Below are positions 31,583-39,766 of a stretch of 64,000 bases of DNA, one piece after another. Below the pieces are notes generated by a model, which searched no databases, was not told where the DNA came from, and saw only the letters and a program-made list of their open reading frames with translations. Location of the stretch: assembly GCA_963797095.1 (NCBI GenBank), contig CAWCNY010000006.1, forward strand, positions 224,001-288,000. Reading direction: 5' to 3'. This DNA is from an uncultured Chloroflexia bacterium (lineage in GTDB: Bacteria > Chloroflexota > Chloroflexia > QHBQ01 > JADMIH01). Position 1 is the first letter of the stretch. Each line of letters opens with the position of its first letter. The position numbers and the translations under genes were made by a program.

Positions 31583-32690
31583 GTTGATATTTGATGAGCA
31601 GAGCGAGCAGGAACTGACCGCTCTGGAGCAGGGCGAAGTTGGGGATTTCCTGAGGTCGGCGAGGGTCGCGTTCGAGCCCGATACGGCGTTATCGGAGCGC
31701 CTGGAGGGTCGGTTGAGAAGTATAGTCGTTGATGGAAGTGTTGACACGCCTGCTGGCAAGCCTTTAGTCGGAGCGGAAGTTGCAGCTCCAAGGACGGCCA
31801 GTGCCGCGCCTGATCGGTCTATGGCTCGACCCCCCCGCCTGCTTGGGCGCGGGCTGCGGTGGGTCTCGGTGGGCCTGGGATTGGCGGCGATGCTGGTGCT
31901 GGCATTCTGGCTTTCGGGCCAGTTTAGCTCCAGAACCAGTCGGGGGATCATCAGTGACCCGAGCGGTGGAGGGTCTGCGAGTACGAGGACCCTGCCAGGC
32001 GGTACCGCGACGCGTGTGGTGCAAGGCGATGCGTTTGTGCCCACCGGCAACGTGCGGCATATTATCCTCGTGGGATCGCAGACGATCACCGACACTACGG
32101 GCAAAGCCACCACGGAAGAAGTTCACCGTGAGGAGTTCTGGCTGGCACCTGGGCAGAATCACTATCTTATGCGAAGTTACGTGCCCCAAAGCGGGGTATG
32201 GACGCTGCTCGATGACGACAGCTATTATGAATACGATCCGCAGAATGGAGACACCGTAACCAGATATTCGTTTGATCCTAAGTACCAGGCATCGGTAGTG
32301 CCGGACCCAAACATCATTACCGATACGCTTCAGATGCCGGGCGCGAGATCCCTGGGAGAAACCATCTGGAATGGAAGGCGTGCTTTGCTGATCGAGTTGT
32401 CGAACGATTCGGCTGGGACAGATGAGGCAGTAGGCGCGAAGGGCACGCCATCCGGCTCGAACGGCACTCAGGAAGCGGATTCCTCTCCGGTGAACATGTA
32501 TTGGATCGATCTAGAAACGAACCAGATTTTGCAGGTTGAGATCATTACGGTAGATGGGGACGGTCAAACTAGAGACGTGCATAATTACATCGAATTGGAC
32601 GAACTTATAGATAGGTCGAGTTTGCCGCCAGAGTATTTCACATTTGAGTTGCCGCCAGGGGCCTCACTGGTTGACAATCGCGGCAAGTGA
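31569..32690 (+). CDS. Putative transmembrane anti-sigma factor with LolA-like extracellular domain
   Basis: Overlaps sigma 2; single TM helix; GETIWNGRRALLIEL..YWIDLETNQILQ..PPEYFTFELPPGA. Confidence 0.8.
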   Translation: MAMSELIFDEQSEQELTALEQGEVGDFLRSARVAFEPDTALSERLEGRLRSIVVDGSVDTPAGKPLVGAEVAAPRTASAAPDRSMARPPRLLGRGLRWVSVGLGLAAMLVLAFWLSGQFSSRTSRGIISDPSGGGSASTRTLPGGTATRVVQGDAFVPTGNVRHIILVGSQTITDTTGKATTEEVHREEFWLAPGQNHYLMRSYVPQSGVWTLLDDDSYYEYDPQNGDTVTRYSFDPKYQASVVPDPNIITDTLQMPGARSLGETIWNGRRALLIELSNDSAGTDEAVGAKGTPSGSNGTQEADSSPVNMYWIDLETNQILQVEIITVDGDGQTRDVHNYIELDELIDRSSLPPEYFTFELPPGASLVDNRGK

Positions 32691-32757
32691 GCAACTGGAA
32701 TCATAAGGGCGGAATTGAAACCCGCCCTTACCTTTTGCCACGCGATTGGCGGACATT

Positions 32758-34203
32758 CTATGGGTTGTTGTCGCCTGTGTAATAGATGCGGTAGATCGCG
32801 TTTGCTTTGTCGTCGGTGAGTAGGAGGGAGCCATCGGGGGCCATGATCGGGTCTACCGGGCGGCCCCACACGTCGCCATTGACGCGCCAGCCTGTGGCGA
32901 AATCCTCTACCAGCAGATCGCCCGCGTTGGGGTCGGGTTGGTTCTCCTTGAAGCGGATGCGTACGACCTTGTAGCCGGTTGGTTGGCTTCGGTTCCAGCT
33001 ACCGTGGAAGGCCACAAACAGGTCGCCTTTATACGAGGCGGGGAACTGGTCGCCCTCGTAGAAACCAAGTCCGAGGGGTGCCGAGTGGGCCTGCATCTCG
33101 ACTGCGGGCACGCCTGTAGTGCCGCAGAAGCCTTCAGGCGCATCCTGTGGGGCTTCAGAGTTGGTGTCCTTTACCCGGGTATCGTAGCAGTAAGGCCAGC
33201 CGTAGTTTGTGCCCTCCTTTACGTCGTAGATCGTTTCGGGGGGGATATTGTCGCCCAGGTTGTCGCGCCCGTTGTTGGTGACCCACATGTCGCCCGTTAT
33301 GGGGTGGAACACCAGGCCGACCGCGTTGCGTAAGCCATTCGCGTATACCTCCTGGAACTGCCCATCGGGTGAGTACTGGGAGACGGCTGCGCGCTTTTCG
33401 TTGCTCTCTTTGCAGACGTTGCAGGAAGAGCCTGCCGACACGTAGAGATTGCCGTCAGGCCCGAAGGCGATTGTGCGGGTTGAGTGGCCGCCCCCGGTGG
33501 GCAGGTCGTTGGCGATCACATCCTTCTTGTCTGCCTTGCCGTCACCGTCGGTGTCCTCAAGGCGGATGATGCTGCTTTCGTTGGCGACGTATACTCCGTT
33601 GTCCTTGAAGGCGATGCCGTGCACGTTGCCGAGATCGCTGGCGAAGGTGTCGGCGCTGTCGGCCACGCCGTCGCCGTCTTTATCGGGAAGGGTGACTACA
33701 CGCCCATCGCCCGTGACGGTGGCGTAGACCAGGCCGCCTGGAGAAATGCCAAGCCAGCGCACACCGTTGAGGCCGGTGGCGTACACCTGGATATGGAAGC
33801 CTGCTGGCAGGTTGATGCCGCGCTCTCCCTCGAAAACACCCGTGCTCGTGCTGTCCGTGGTTTCTATTGTGGTAGCGGTGAGGGTGAGAGGCCCTTCTTC
33901 GGCGGCCTCGGTTGGCGTTGCTTCTGCGCTTGCAGTCATGGTAGGCGTGGCTTCCGCCCCACCTGTGCCGTTATTATCGCTGCTGGCAGGGACGGTGGCG
34001 CTGATGGTGGGCACCGGGGCCGGGATCTCGCCTGTTGGGACGGATACCGGGGCGCTCGGCTGAGGGTTAGGGGCGCTGACCGTGGAGGTGGGCACGCTCG
34101 CTTGCGGTGTGGCCGTTGGATTGCCGGAATCGCACGCGCCCAGTATGAGGGCGCCAATCAAAGTGAATGCGGGGAGGATTCTGAACCGTAACTTGGATCT
34201 CAT
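32758..34203 (-). CDS. PQQ-dependent sugar (glucose/sorbosone) dehydrogenase family lipoprotein
   Basis: Lipobox LILGAC, P/T linker, GGGHSTR, GSSCNVC, GLRNAVG, AHSAPLG, FHGSWNR, GRPVD. Confidence 0.9.
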   Translation of the reverse strand: MRSKLRFRILPAFTLIGALILGACDSGNPTATPQASVPTSTVSAPNPQPSAPVSVPTGEIPAPVPTISATVPASSDNNGTGGAEATPTMTASAEATPTEAAEEGPLTLTATTIETTDSTSTGVFEGERGINLPAGFHIQVYATGLNGVRWLGISPGGLVYATVTGDGRVVTLPDKDGDGVADSADTFASDLGNVHGIAFKDNGVYVANESSIIRLEDTDGDGKADKKDVIANDLPTGGGHSTRTIAFGPDGNLYVSAGSSCNVCKESNEKRAAVSQYSPDGQFQEVYANGLRNAVGLVFHPITGDMWVTNNGRDNLGDNIPPETIYDVKEGTNYGWPYCYDTRVKDTNSEAPQDAPEGFCGTTGVPAVEMQAHSAPLGLGFYEGDQFPASYKGDLFVAFHGSWNRSQPTGYKVVRIRFKENQPDPNAGDLLVEDFATGWRVNGDVWGRPVDPIMAPDGSLLLTDDKANAIYRIYYTGDNNP

Positions 34204-34393
34204 TCGTTCGTTGTTCTCCTGATTCGTAACGTGAGGAATGGAATAGTTTGAGCGGGAGGTAGCAAGCTCTGTTCCCAGTATACAATGTCCGAGAGGGGAC
34301 GTCCGAGAGGGGACGACAGGCGGCGGACGGCATCTTGTTGGTTGACCCATAGTGGGTATGGGAGTACAATCGTGCCCAGGAGAAGATGACGGT

Positions 34394-35470
34394 ATGAAGG
34401 TAATTGTGCAAATACCCTGCTATAACGAAGAAGAATCGCTGCCTGATGTGATCGCGGGGATGCCGAAATCTATCCCAGGCGTGGACGTGTTGGAAACACT
34501 GGTGATAGACGACGGCTCGACCGATAGAACGGTGGAGATGGCCCGGCAACTGGGGGTGACGCATATCGTGCGGCACAGCGGCAACAAGGGGTTGGCGGCG
34601 GCCTTCCAGACGGGCCTGGATGCCTGCCTGCGGCTGGGGGCCGATATCATCGTCAATACGGACGGGGATAACCAGTACCCGCAGGCGATGATCCCCGAAC
34701 TGGTCGCGCCTATCATCCGGGGTGAGGCCGAGATGGTGGTGGGCGACAGGCAGGTGCGCCGGATTGAGCACTTTTCGCCCGTCAAGAAGGTGTTGCAGGT
34801 GATGGGCAGCTGGGTGGTGCGACAGGCTTCGGGCACGGAGGTGCCGGACGCGCCTAGCGGCTTCAGGGCGCTTTCGCGTGAGGCGGCGCTCAGGCTCAAC
34901 GTGATCACGAACTACACTTACACGCTTGAGACGATAGTGCAAGCGGGCAAGAAGAACATCAAAATCGCGAGCATACCCGTTACGACGAATGTGGTCAGGC
35001 GCAAATCGAGGTTGGTGCGCGGTATCTTCGATTACGTGAAGAAGTCGGGGGCAACCATCGTGCGGTTATATGCTATGTACGAGCCTCTGAAGGTCTTCTT
35101 TTATATAGGATTGGTGCTGCTTGGGATCGCGGCCTTCGGCGCGTTGAAGATATTGTTCCACTACTTCTTCCAGGAAGGGATGAACTTCCGCCAAACCTTC
35201 GACCGGCACGCACCCACCACGATTGTGACCCTTATCACATTGGTGTTCGGGTTCCAGATATGGTTGATAGGCCTTCTCGCCGACCTGATCGCGGCCAGCC
35301 GCCGCCTTACCGAGGAAGTGCTTTACAGGGTCAAGCGCACAGAGCTTGAGCTTGATGGTTTGCGCAAGCGCGGGCAGGTTCTGACTGAAGGTGAGCAACT
35401 TGACGGTATCGAGTCCCAGGCAGCGCAAGAGCAGGCTCAGGAACCTGAATTGGAAGGGACTCATGTGTGA
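34394..35470 (+). CDS. Glycosyltransferase family 2 with C-terminal TM helices
   Basis: IVQIPCYNEE, IDDGSTD, NKGLA, NTDGDNQY, PDAPSGFRA. Confidence 0.92.
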   Translation: MKVIVQIPCYNEEESLPDVIAGMPKSIPGVDVLETLVIDDGSTDRTVEMARQLGVTHIVRHSGNKGLAAAFQTGLDACLRLGADIIVNTDGDNQYPQAMIPELVAPIIRGEAEMVVGDRQVRRIEHFSPVKKVLQVMGSWVVRQASGTEVPDAPSGFRALSREAALRLNVITNYTYTLETIVQAGKKNIKIASIPVTTNVVRRKSRLVRGIFDYVKKSGATIVRLYAMYEPLKVFFYIGLVLLGIAAFGALKILFHYFFQEGMNFRQTFDRHAPTTIVTLITLVFGFQIWLIGLLADLIAASRRLTEEVLYRVKRTELELDGLRKRGQVLTEGEQLDGIESQAAQEQAQEPELEGTHV

Positions 35471-35769
35471 AGCCCAACGTCTTCAGCATGATCATGCACG
35501 ACGGCTCGCGCCATTTTGGCGATTTACCGCTGACTGTGTTATGGTATGACCTGCGCGATCACATACAGGGTATACCGGGCGCGCAACTCACGGGTTTTGT
35601 GACCGATCATGTTACCGAGGCCTGGATCGATTTCGACTATAAAGGGTACCGGTTCTCGGTGAACGATCAGTATGGCGATTACTGGTTTTTCGTGGAGGAC
35701 TCCGCCTGCCCAGACGATATACTTCAGGAAGTGCTGGCCTATTGCGCGCTTCTGCTGGGCAACGAGTAG
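35467..35769 (+). CDS. Hypothetical protein
   Basis: 100 aa; GTGA overlap with the upstream stop; protein-like composition (EAWIDF..QYGDYWFFV). Confidence 0.7.
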   Translation: MKPNVFSMIMHDGSRHFGDLPLTVLWYDLRDHIQGIPGAQLTGFVTDHVTEAWIDFDYKGYRFSVNDQYGDYWFFVEDSACPDDILQEVLAYCALLLGNE

Positions 35770-35874
35770 GGCAATCCAGGGCAACCTCAGTCGCCGTAGA
35801 TCAGGCAGGGTGTCACGGTGACGGGGTAAGTTCTGTTCCATTAACAGAAGGTGAATAACACGCGTCAAAATTGC

Positions 35875-35909
35875 TTGTAACCCGAAAAAGATTGTGATAG
35901 AATAAACAA
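35875..35909 (+). promoter_or_regulatory. nuo operon promoter with overlapping Rex-like operator
   Basis: TTGTAA-17 bp-TAGAAT with extended -10 TG; TTGTGATAGAATAAACAA (35892-35909) resembles the Rex box TTGTGAA-N4-TTCACAA. Confidence 0.6.
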
Positions 35910-35981
35910 GGATTGTACGCCTCCATCCCATGCGCCAAAAGCGTTTCGAAGCGTGCGATCTAACTCCACCAGGAGGGAAGC

Positions 35982-36416
35982 ATGCTCGTACTGGCATCCA
36001 CGCTGGCACAGGCCACACCGATCCCCGTGGCGCAGGCTGTCACTTCCGTTTCCCAGAATCAGACTGACTGGCTTGTGATCGCCCTATTTTTCTCTTTCGC
36101 GCTGGGGATCGCCGTGACCATGATGTTCATTCCCGCGCTTTTGCGCCCCAAGGCTCCTAACCCCATCAAGGGTACGCCCTTTGAATCTGGTATGCCCCCG
36201 ATTGGGGAAGCGCAGGCGCGCTACACGATCCGCTACTACGTGATCGCCATGTTGTTCGTGGTGTTCGATATAGAAGCCGTGTTCTTCTATCCGTGGGCTG
36301 TAGCGTTCAATACTATCGGCTGGTATGGGCTGGTAGAGATGATACTGTTTATTGTCTTACTTTTAGTTGCGTATATATACGCCTGGAGAAAGGGGGCACT
36401 CGATTGGGTCTCCTAG
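35982..36416 (+). CDS. nuoA: NADH-quinone oxidoreductase subunit A
   Basis: [29 protein letters not shown]. Confidence 0.96.
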   Translation: MLVLASTLAQATPIPVAQAVTSVSQNQTDWLVIALFFSFALGIAVTMMFIPALLRPKAPNPIKGTPFESGMPPIGEAQARYTIRYYVIAMLFVVFDIEAVFFYPWAVAFNTIGWYGLVEMILFIVLLLVAYIYAWRKGALDWVS

Positions 36417-36910
36417 TAAATAGATTCCGTCCAAGTGTGGTTACTACCACCGCGGACTTCCTTTTTAACTGGGCGCATAGATATTCTATGTGGCCCTTGA
36501 TACTGGGAACTGCTTGCTGCGCCATCGAGATGATGGCGGTTGGCATATCGCGCTTCGATATGCTTGAGCGGTTCGGGATGCTCTACAGGTTCTCGCCCCG
36601 CCAGAGCGATGTGATGCTGGTGTGCGGCACGGTTACCAAGAAGTTCGCGCCCGTAATGCGCACCCTTTGGGACCAGATGAGCGAGCCTAAGTGGTGCATC
36701 GCGGTCGGCAACTGCGCCAGCGCGGGCGGGCCTTTCCCGACCTACGCCGTGGTACAGGGCATCGACGAAGTGGTGCCGGTGGACATCTATATACCCGGCT
36801 GCCCGCCCAACCCTGAGGCGATCTTCTACGGCATATTGAAGCTGCAAGAGATCGTCCAGCAGCAGACGCTTGCCCGCACAGGCCCCAAGCCGGAGAAGAA
36901 GCAAGCATGA
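36404..36910 (+). CDS. nuoB: NADH-quinone oxidoreductase subunit B
   Basis: [28 protein letters not shown]; probable TTG start overlapping the nuoA end. Confidence 0.95.
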   Translation: MGLLVNRFRPSVVTTTADFLFNWAHRYSMWPLILGTACCAIEMMAVGISRFDMLERFGMLYRFSPRQSDVMLVCGTVTKKFAPVMRTLWDQMSEPKWCIAVGNCASAGGPFPTYAVVQGIDEVVPVDIYIPGCPPNPEAIFYGILKLQEIVQQQTLARTGPKPEKKQA

Positions 36911-36912
36911 TT

Positions 36913-37001
36913 AGTTGTCGGTAGTCGGTAGTCGGATGCAGTGTCAGTTCCGACTACCGACTACGGACTACCGACTACGGACTACCGACTACCGACTACC
37001 G
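36913..37001. repeat. Inverted heptamer arrays (nuoB/nuoC junction)
   Basis: agttgtc ggtagtc ggtagtc, then its complement c(c/g)gacta x7 (36950-36998). Confidence 0.93.
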
Positions 37002-37010
37002 AGGGAACAA

Positions 37011-37538
37011 ATGGCAGACTATGTACCGTTCAAGGGTGGATACGTTCCGCCGCCTGCCGGGGTTGACCCTGAAGAGAACCCGGCAGTGCAGAAGTTGCGC
37101 GAGGCGATGCCCGATGTCATCGAGGGCGTGTCGGCGTATCGCGATCAGGTGACGATCCGGGTGTACAAGGATAGAATCGCGGAAGTATGCAAGTTCTTAC
37201 GCGATACACCGGGCCTTGAGTTCGATTTCTTGACTGACCTGACGGCGGTGGACTACCCCACCAGACCACAGCGGTTCGATGTGGTGCTCCACCTCTACAG
37301 CATGACTCAGAACCACAGGCTCAGGGTAAAGGCTGGCGTTGGTGAGAACGAGACGATACCGAGTGTAACGTCAGTGTGGAAAGCCGCCAATTGGGAGGAG
37401 CGCGAAGCCTTCGATATGTTCGGCATGGTATTTTCCGGTCACCCCGACCTGCGCCGCATTCTCCTGCCCGAAGATTGGGAGGGCTACCCCCTTCGCAAAG
37501 ACTACCCGCTAGGTGGATACGGGACATACACTTCGTAG
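37011..37538 (+). CDS. nuoC: NADH-quinone oxidoreductase subunit C
   Basis: [42 protein letters not shown]. Confidence 0.96.
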   Translation: MADYVPFKGGYVPPPAGVDPEENPAVQKLREAMPDVIEGVSAYRDQVTIRVYKDRIAEVCKFLRDTPGLEFDFLTDLTAVDYPTRPQRFDVVLHLYSMTQNHRLRVKAGVGENETIPSVTSVWKAANWEEREAFDMFGMVFSGHPDLRRILLPEDWEGYPLRKDYPLGGYGTYTS

Positions 37539-37543
37539 GTCGA

Positions 37544-37599
37544 GGACGAAAGACGAAAGGTGAAGGACGCAAGTCAGTTGGCACCCTTTGCTTTTCGTC
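37544..37599. repeat. Heptamer tract with complementary arm (nuoC/nuoD junction)
   Basis: ggacgaa agacgaa aggtgaa ggacgca ... caccctttgcttttcgtc. Confidence 0.65.
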
Positions 37600-37611
37600 G
37601 GAGGAACGAAT

Positions 37612-38886
37612 ATGGCTATCGAAGATCAGATTGAACTAACGGATGGCACCGACGCGCGCGTGGAGCCTGGGCGTGCCGTAGTGCAGACGGGAATTGGCCC
37701 CACAAACAACCTTGTGCCCCAGTCACAGGACATGATGCTCAACCTGGGGCCGCAGCACCCGTCGACGCATGGCGTGTTGCGCGTGCTCCTTGAGCTTGAC
37801 GGCGAAGTGGTGCGCAAAGCGATACCCGACATGGGCTATCTGCACCGGGGTATCGAGAAGATCGGGGAGTACAGGCAGTACAACCAGTTCGTGCCCTGGA
37901 CCGACCGCATGGATTATATAGCGGCTTTCACCAGCAATCTTGCTTTCGTGCAGGCTGTGGAAGAACTCATGGAGATTGAGATCCCTGAGCGGGCCAAATA
38001 CCTGCGCGTGATCTTCTCGGAATTGCAGAGGATAGCTTCTCACCTGCTGTGGCTGGGCACCCACTTGATGGACCTGGGCGCGACCACCGTCTTCCTGTTC
38101 GCCTTGAGGGAGCGAGAAAAGGTGCTTGATTTGCTGGAGCTGCAAACCGGCGCCCGCCTCACCCTGAACGCTCAGAGGGTGGGCGGCTTCCCAAAGGATC
38201 TCCCTCCAGGCTGGATTGAGAAATGCAAAGCATTCCTCGACGAGATGCCCGGCCACTTTGTCGAGTACGATTCGCTGCTGGCCGAGAACCCGATATTCCT
38301 GCGCCGCGTGAAGGGCGTGGGCGTGATCTCAGCCGAGGACGCGATCCAGTGGGGCCTTACCGGGCCGAGCCTGCGCGGGTCGGGTGTGGCCTATGATATA
38401 CGCAAGGCTATGCCCTACGCCGTGTACGATAGGCTCGATTTCGAGGTGCCTATAGGCACGCATGGCGATGTATATGATCGTTTCCTGGTCAGGATGGAGG
38501 AGATGCGCCAGAGTATCAAGCTGATCAGGCAGTCCCTCGATCAATTGCCGGGTGGGCCTGTAATGACCGAGGATATGAGGGTAGCTCTGCCGGGGAAAGA
38601 GGCCACCATGACCAGCATCGAGGCCATGCAGAGGCACTTTATCCTGGTGATCCACGGCTTCAAAGCGCCGGTGGGCGAGTACTATTCGGCTGTCGAGTCG
38701 CCCAAGGGCGAGTTAGGCTGGTATATAGTGTCGAACGGCGAGAACCACCCTTACAGGGCGCGCTGCCGGGCCGCCTCATTCGTCAACTTGCAGTCGCTGC
38801 CGATAATGACGGAAGGCGGCATGATCGCCGACGTGATCGCCAATATCGGCTCGCTCGATATCGTAATGGGTGAGATAGACAGGTAA
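37612..38886 (+). CDS. nuoD: NADH-quinone oxidoreductase subunit D
   Basis: NLGPQHPSTHGVLR, GYLHRGIEK, DRMDY, ESPKGE, GEIDR. Confidence 0.97.
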   Translation: MAIEDQIELTDGTDARVEPGRAVVQTGIGPTNNLVPQSQDMMLNLGPQHPSTHGVLRVLLELDGEVVRKAIPDMGYLHRGIEKIGEYRQYNQFVPWTDRMDYIAAFTSNLAFVQAVEELMEIEIPERAKYLRVIFSELQRIASHLLWLGTHLMDLGATTVFLFALREREKVLDLLELQTGARLTLNAQRVGGFPKDLPPGWIEKCKAFLDEMPGHFVEYDSLLAENPIFLRRVKGVGVISAEDAIQWGLTGPSLRGSGVAYDIRKAMPYAVYDRLDFEVPIGTHGDVYDRFLVRMEEMRQSIKLIRQSLDQLPGGPVMTEDMRVALPGKEATMTSIEAMQRHFILVIHGFKAPVGEYYSAVESPKGELGWYIVSNGENHPYRARCRAASFVNLQSLPIMTEGGMIADVIANIGSLDIVMGEIDR

Positions 38887-38920
38887 TTCGCCGCTAATCG
38901 CACTGAGGAGAGTATGTTAA

Positions 38921-39706
38921 ATGGATGAAAGCCCCCAGAGCGGACACGAGGAGAGCACAGGCGAAACGCTGAACAGCGTGCGTAGCGGGCATCTGACCCC
39001 GCACGAAGAGCGCGCCGCGGCTGCGCGTGTGGACGACAGCACCGCCATCGCGCCCGGTCGGGAGATACCGCCCACCGAGATCACGAGCATACTTGACCGC
39101 TACCGCCATGTGGACCCTGAAGAGGCGATGATCCCGGTTTTCCAGGAGATGCAGACGCAGTTCGGCTATATCACGCAGGCGGCTGCCGACCAGGTGTGCG
39201 CCGAGCTGGGCCTGCCTGAGGCTGACGTGTACGGGGTGCTCACTTTCTACTCCTTTTTCCGGTATACACCGAGAGCAGGGCACGTGATCATGTCGTGCGA
39301 AGGCACAGGGTGCTATGTGCGTGGGGCCGCCGCTGTGCGCGCCGCCGTTGAAGAGCGCCTGAATGTGGGACCGGGCGAAACTACGGCCGATGGTCACTGG
39401 ACGTTCGAGCCGCAATCGATCTGCCTGGGGGCGTGCGATCTCGGCCCGCTGGTCGATATCGAGGGGCGCTTCTATTCCTATGTGACGTCTGAGAAGATGA
39501 ACCAGATCATCGATCGGTGGGAAAACAGGCAGCCGGACGAAGACGAGCCTGTAGGGGATAATATGACGGGTGGCGTCGACCACCACGCTTACGCGAGTAA
39601 TTATGGCTTCGGCCCCAACTCCGAGGAATTGTACGCGGGGTACGAGGTGGAACGATATATGCAGAGTACGGACGGAGGGCAAAAGACGAAGGACGAAGGA
39701 CGCTAG
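38921..39706 (+). CDS. nuoE: NADH-quinone oxidoreductase subunit E ([2Fe-2S])
   Basis: VYGVLTFYSFF, CEGTGC..G, CLGAC..GP. Confidence 0.93.
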   Translation: MDESPQSGHEESTGETLNSVRSGHLTPHEERAAAARVDDSTAIAPGREIPPTEITSILDRYRHVDPEEAMIPVFQEMQTQFGYITQAAADQVCAELGLPEADVYGVLTFYSFFRYTPRAGHVIMSCEGTGCYVRGAAAVRAAVEERLNVGPGETTADGHWTFEPQSICLGACDLGPLVDIEGRFYSYVTSEKMNQIIDRWENRQPDEDEPVGDNMTGGVDHHAYASNYGFGPNSEELYAGYEVERYMQSTDGGQKTKDEGR

Positions 39707-39750
39707 AGTATGAGTCGAACTGTTCGTCTTGGTCCATTGTCATTCGTCGG
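39670..39750. repeat. Heptamer tract with complementary arm (nuoE/nuoF junction)
   Basis: ggacgga gggcaaa agacgaa ggacgaa ggacgct (in the last nuoE codons), then ttcgtct tggtcca ttgtcat tcgtcgg. Confidence 0.7.
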
Positions 39751-39766
39751 CTAACTGGAGAGAGTA

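Noticed and set aside
36915-37010. ORF-track N-terminal extension of nuoC (RLPTTDY repeats)
   Set aside because: Translation of the heptamer tract; the RBS-supported start is ATG 37011.
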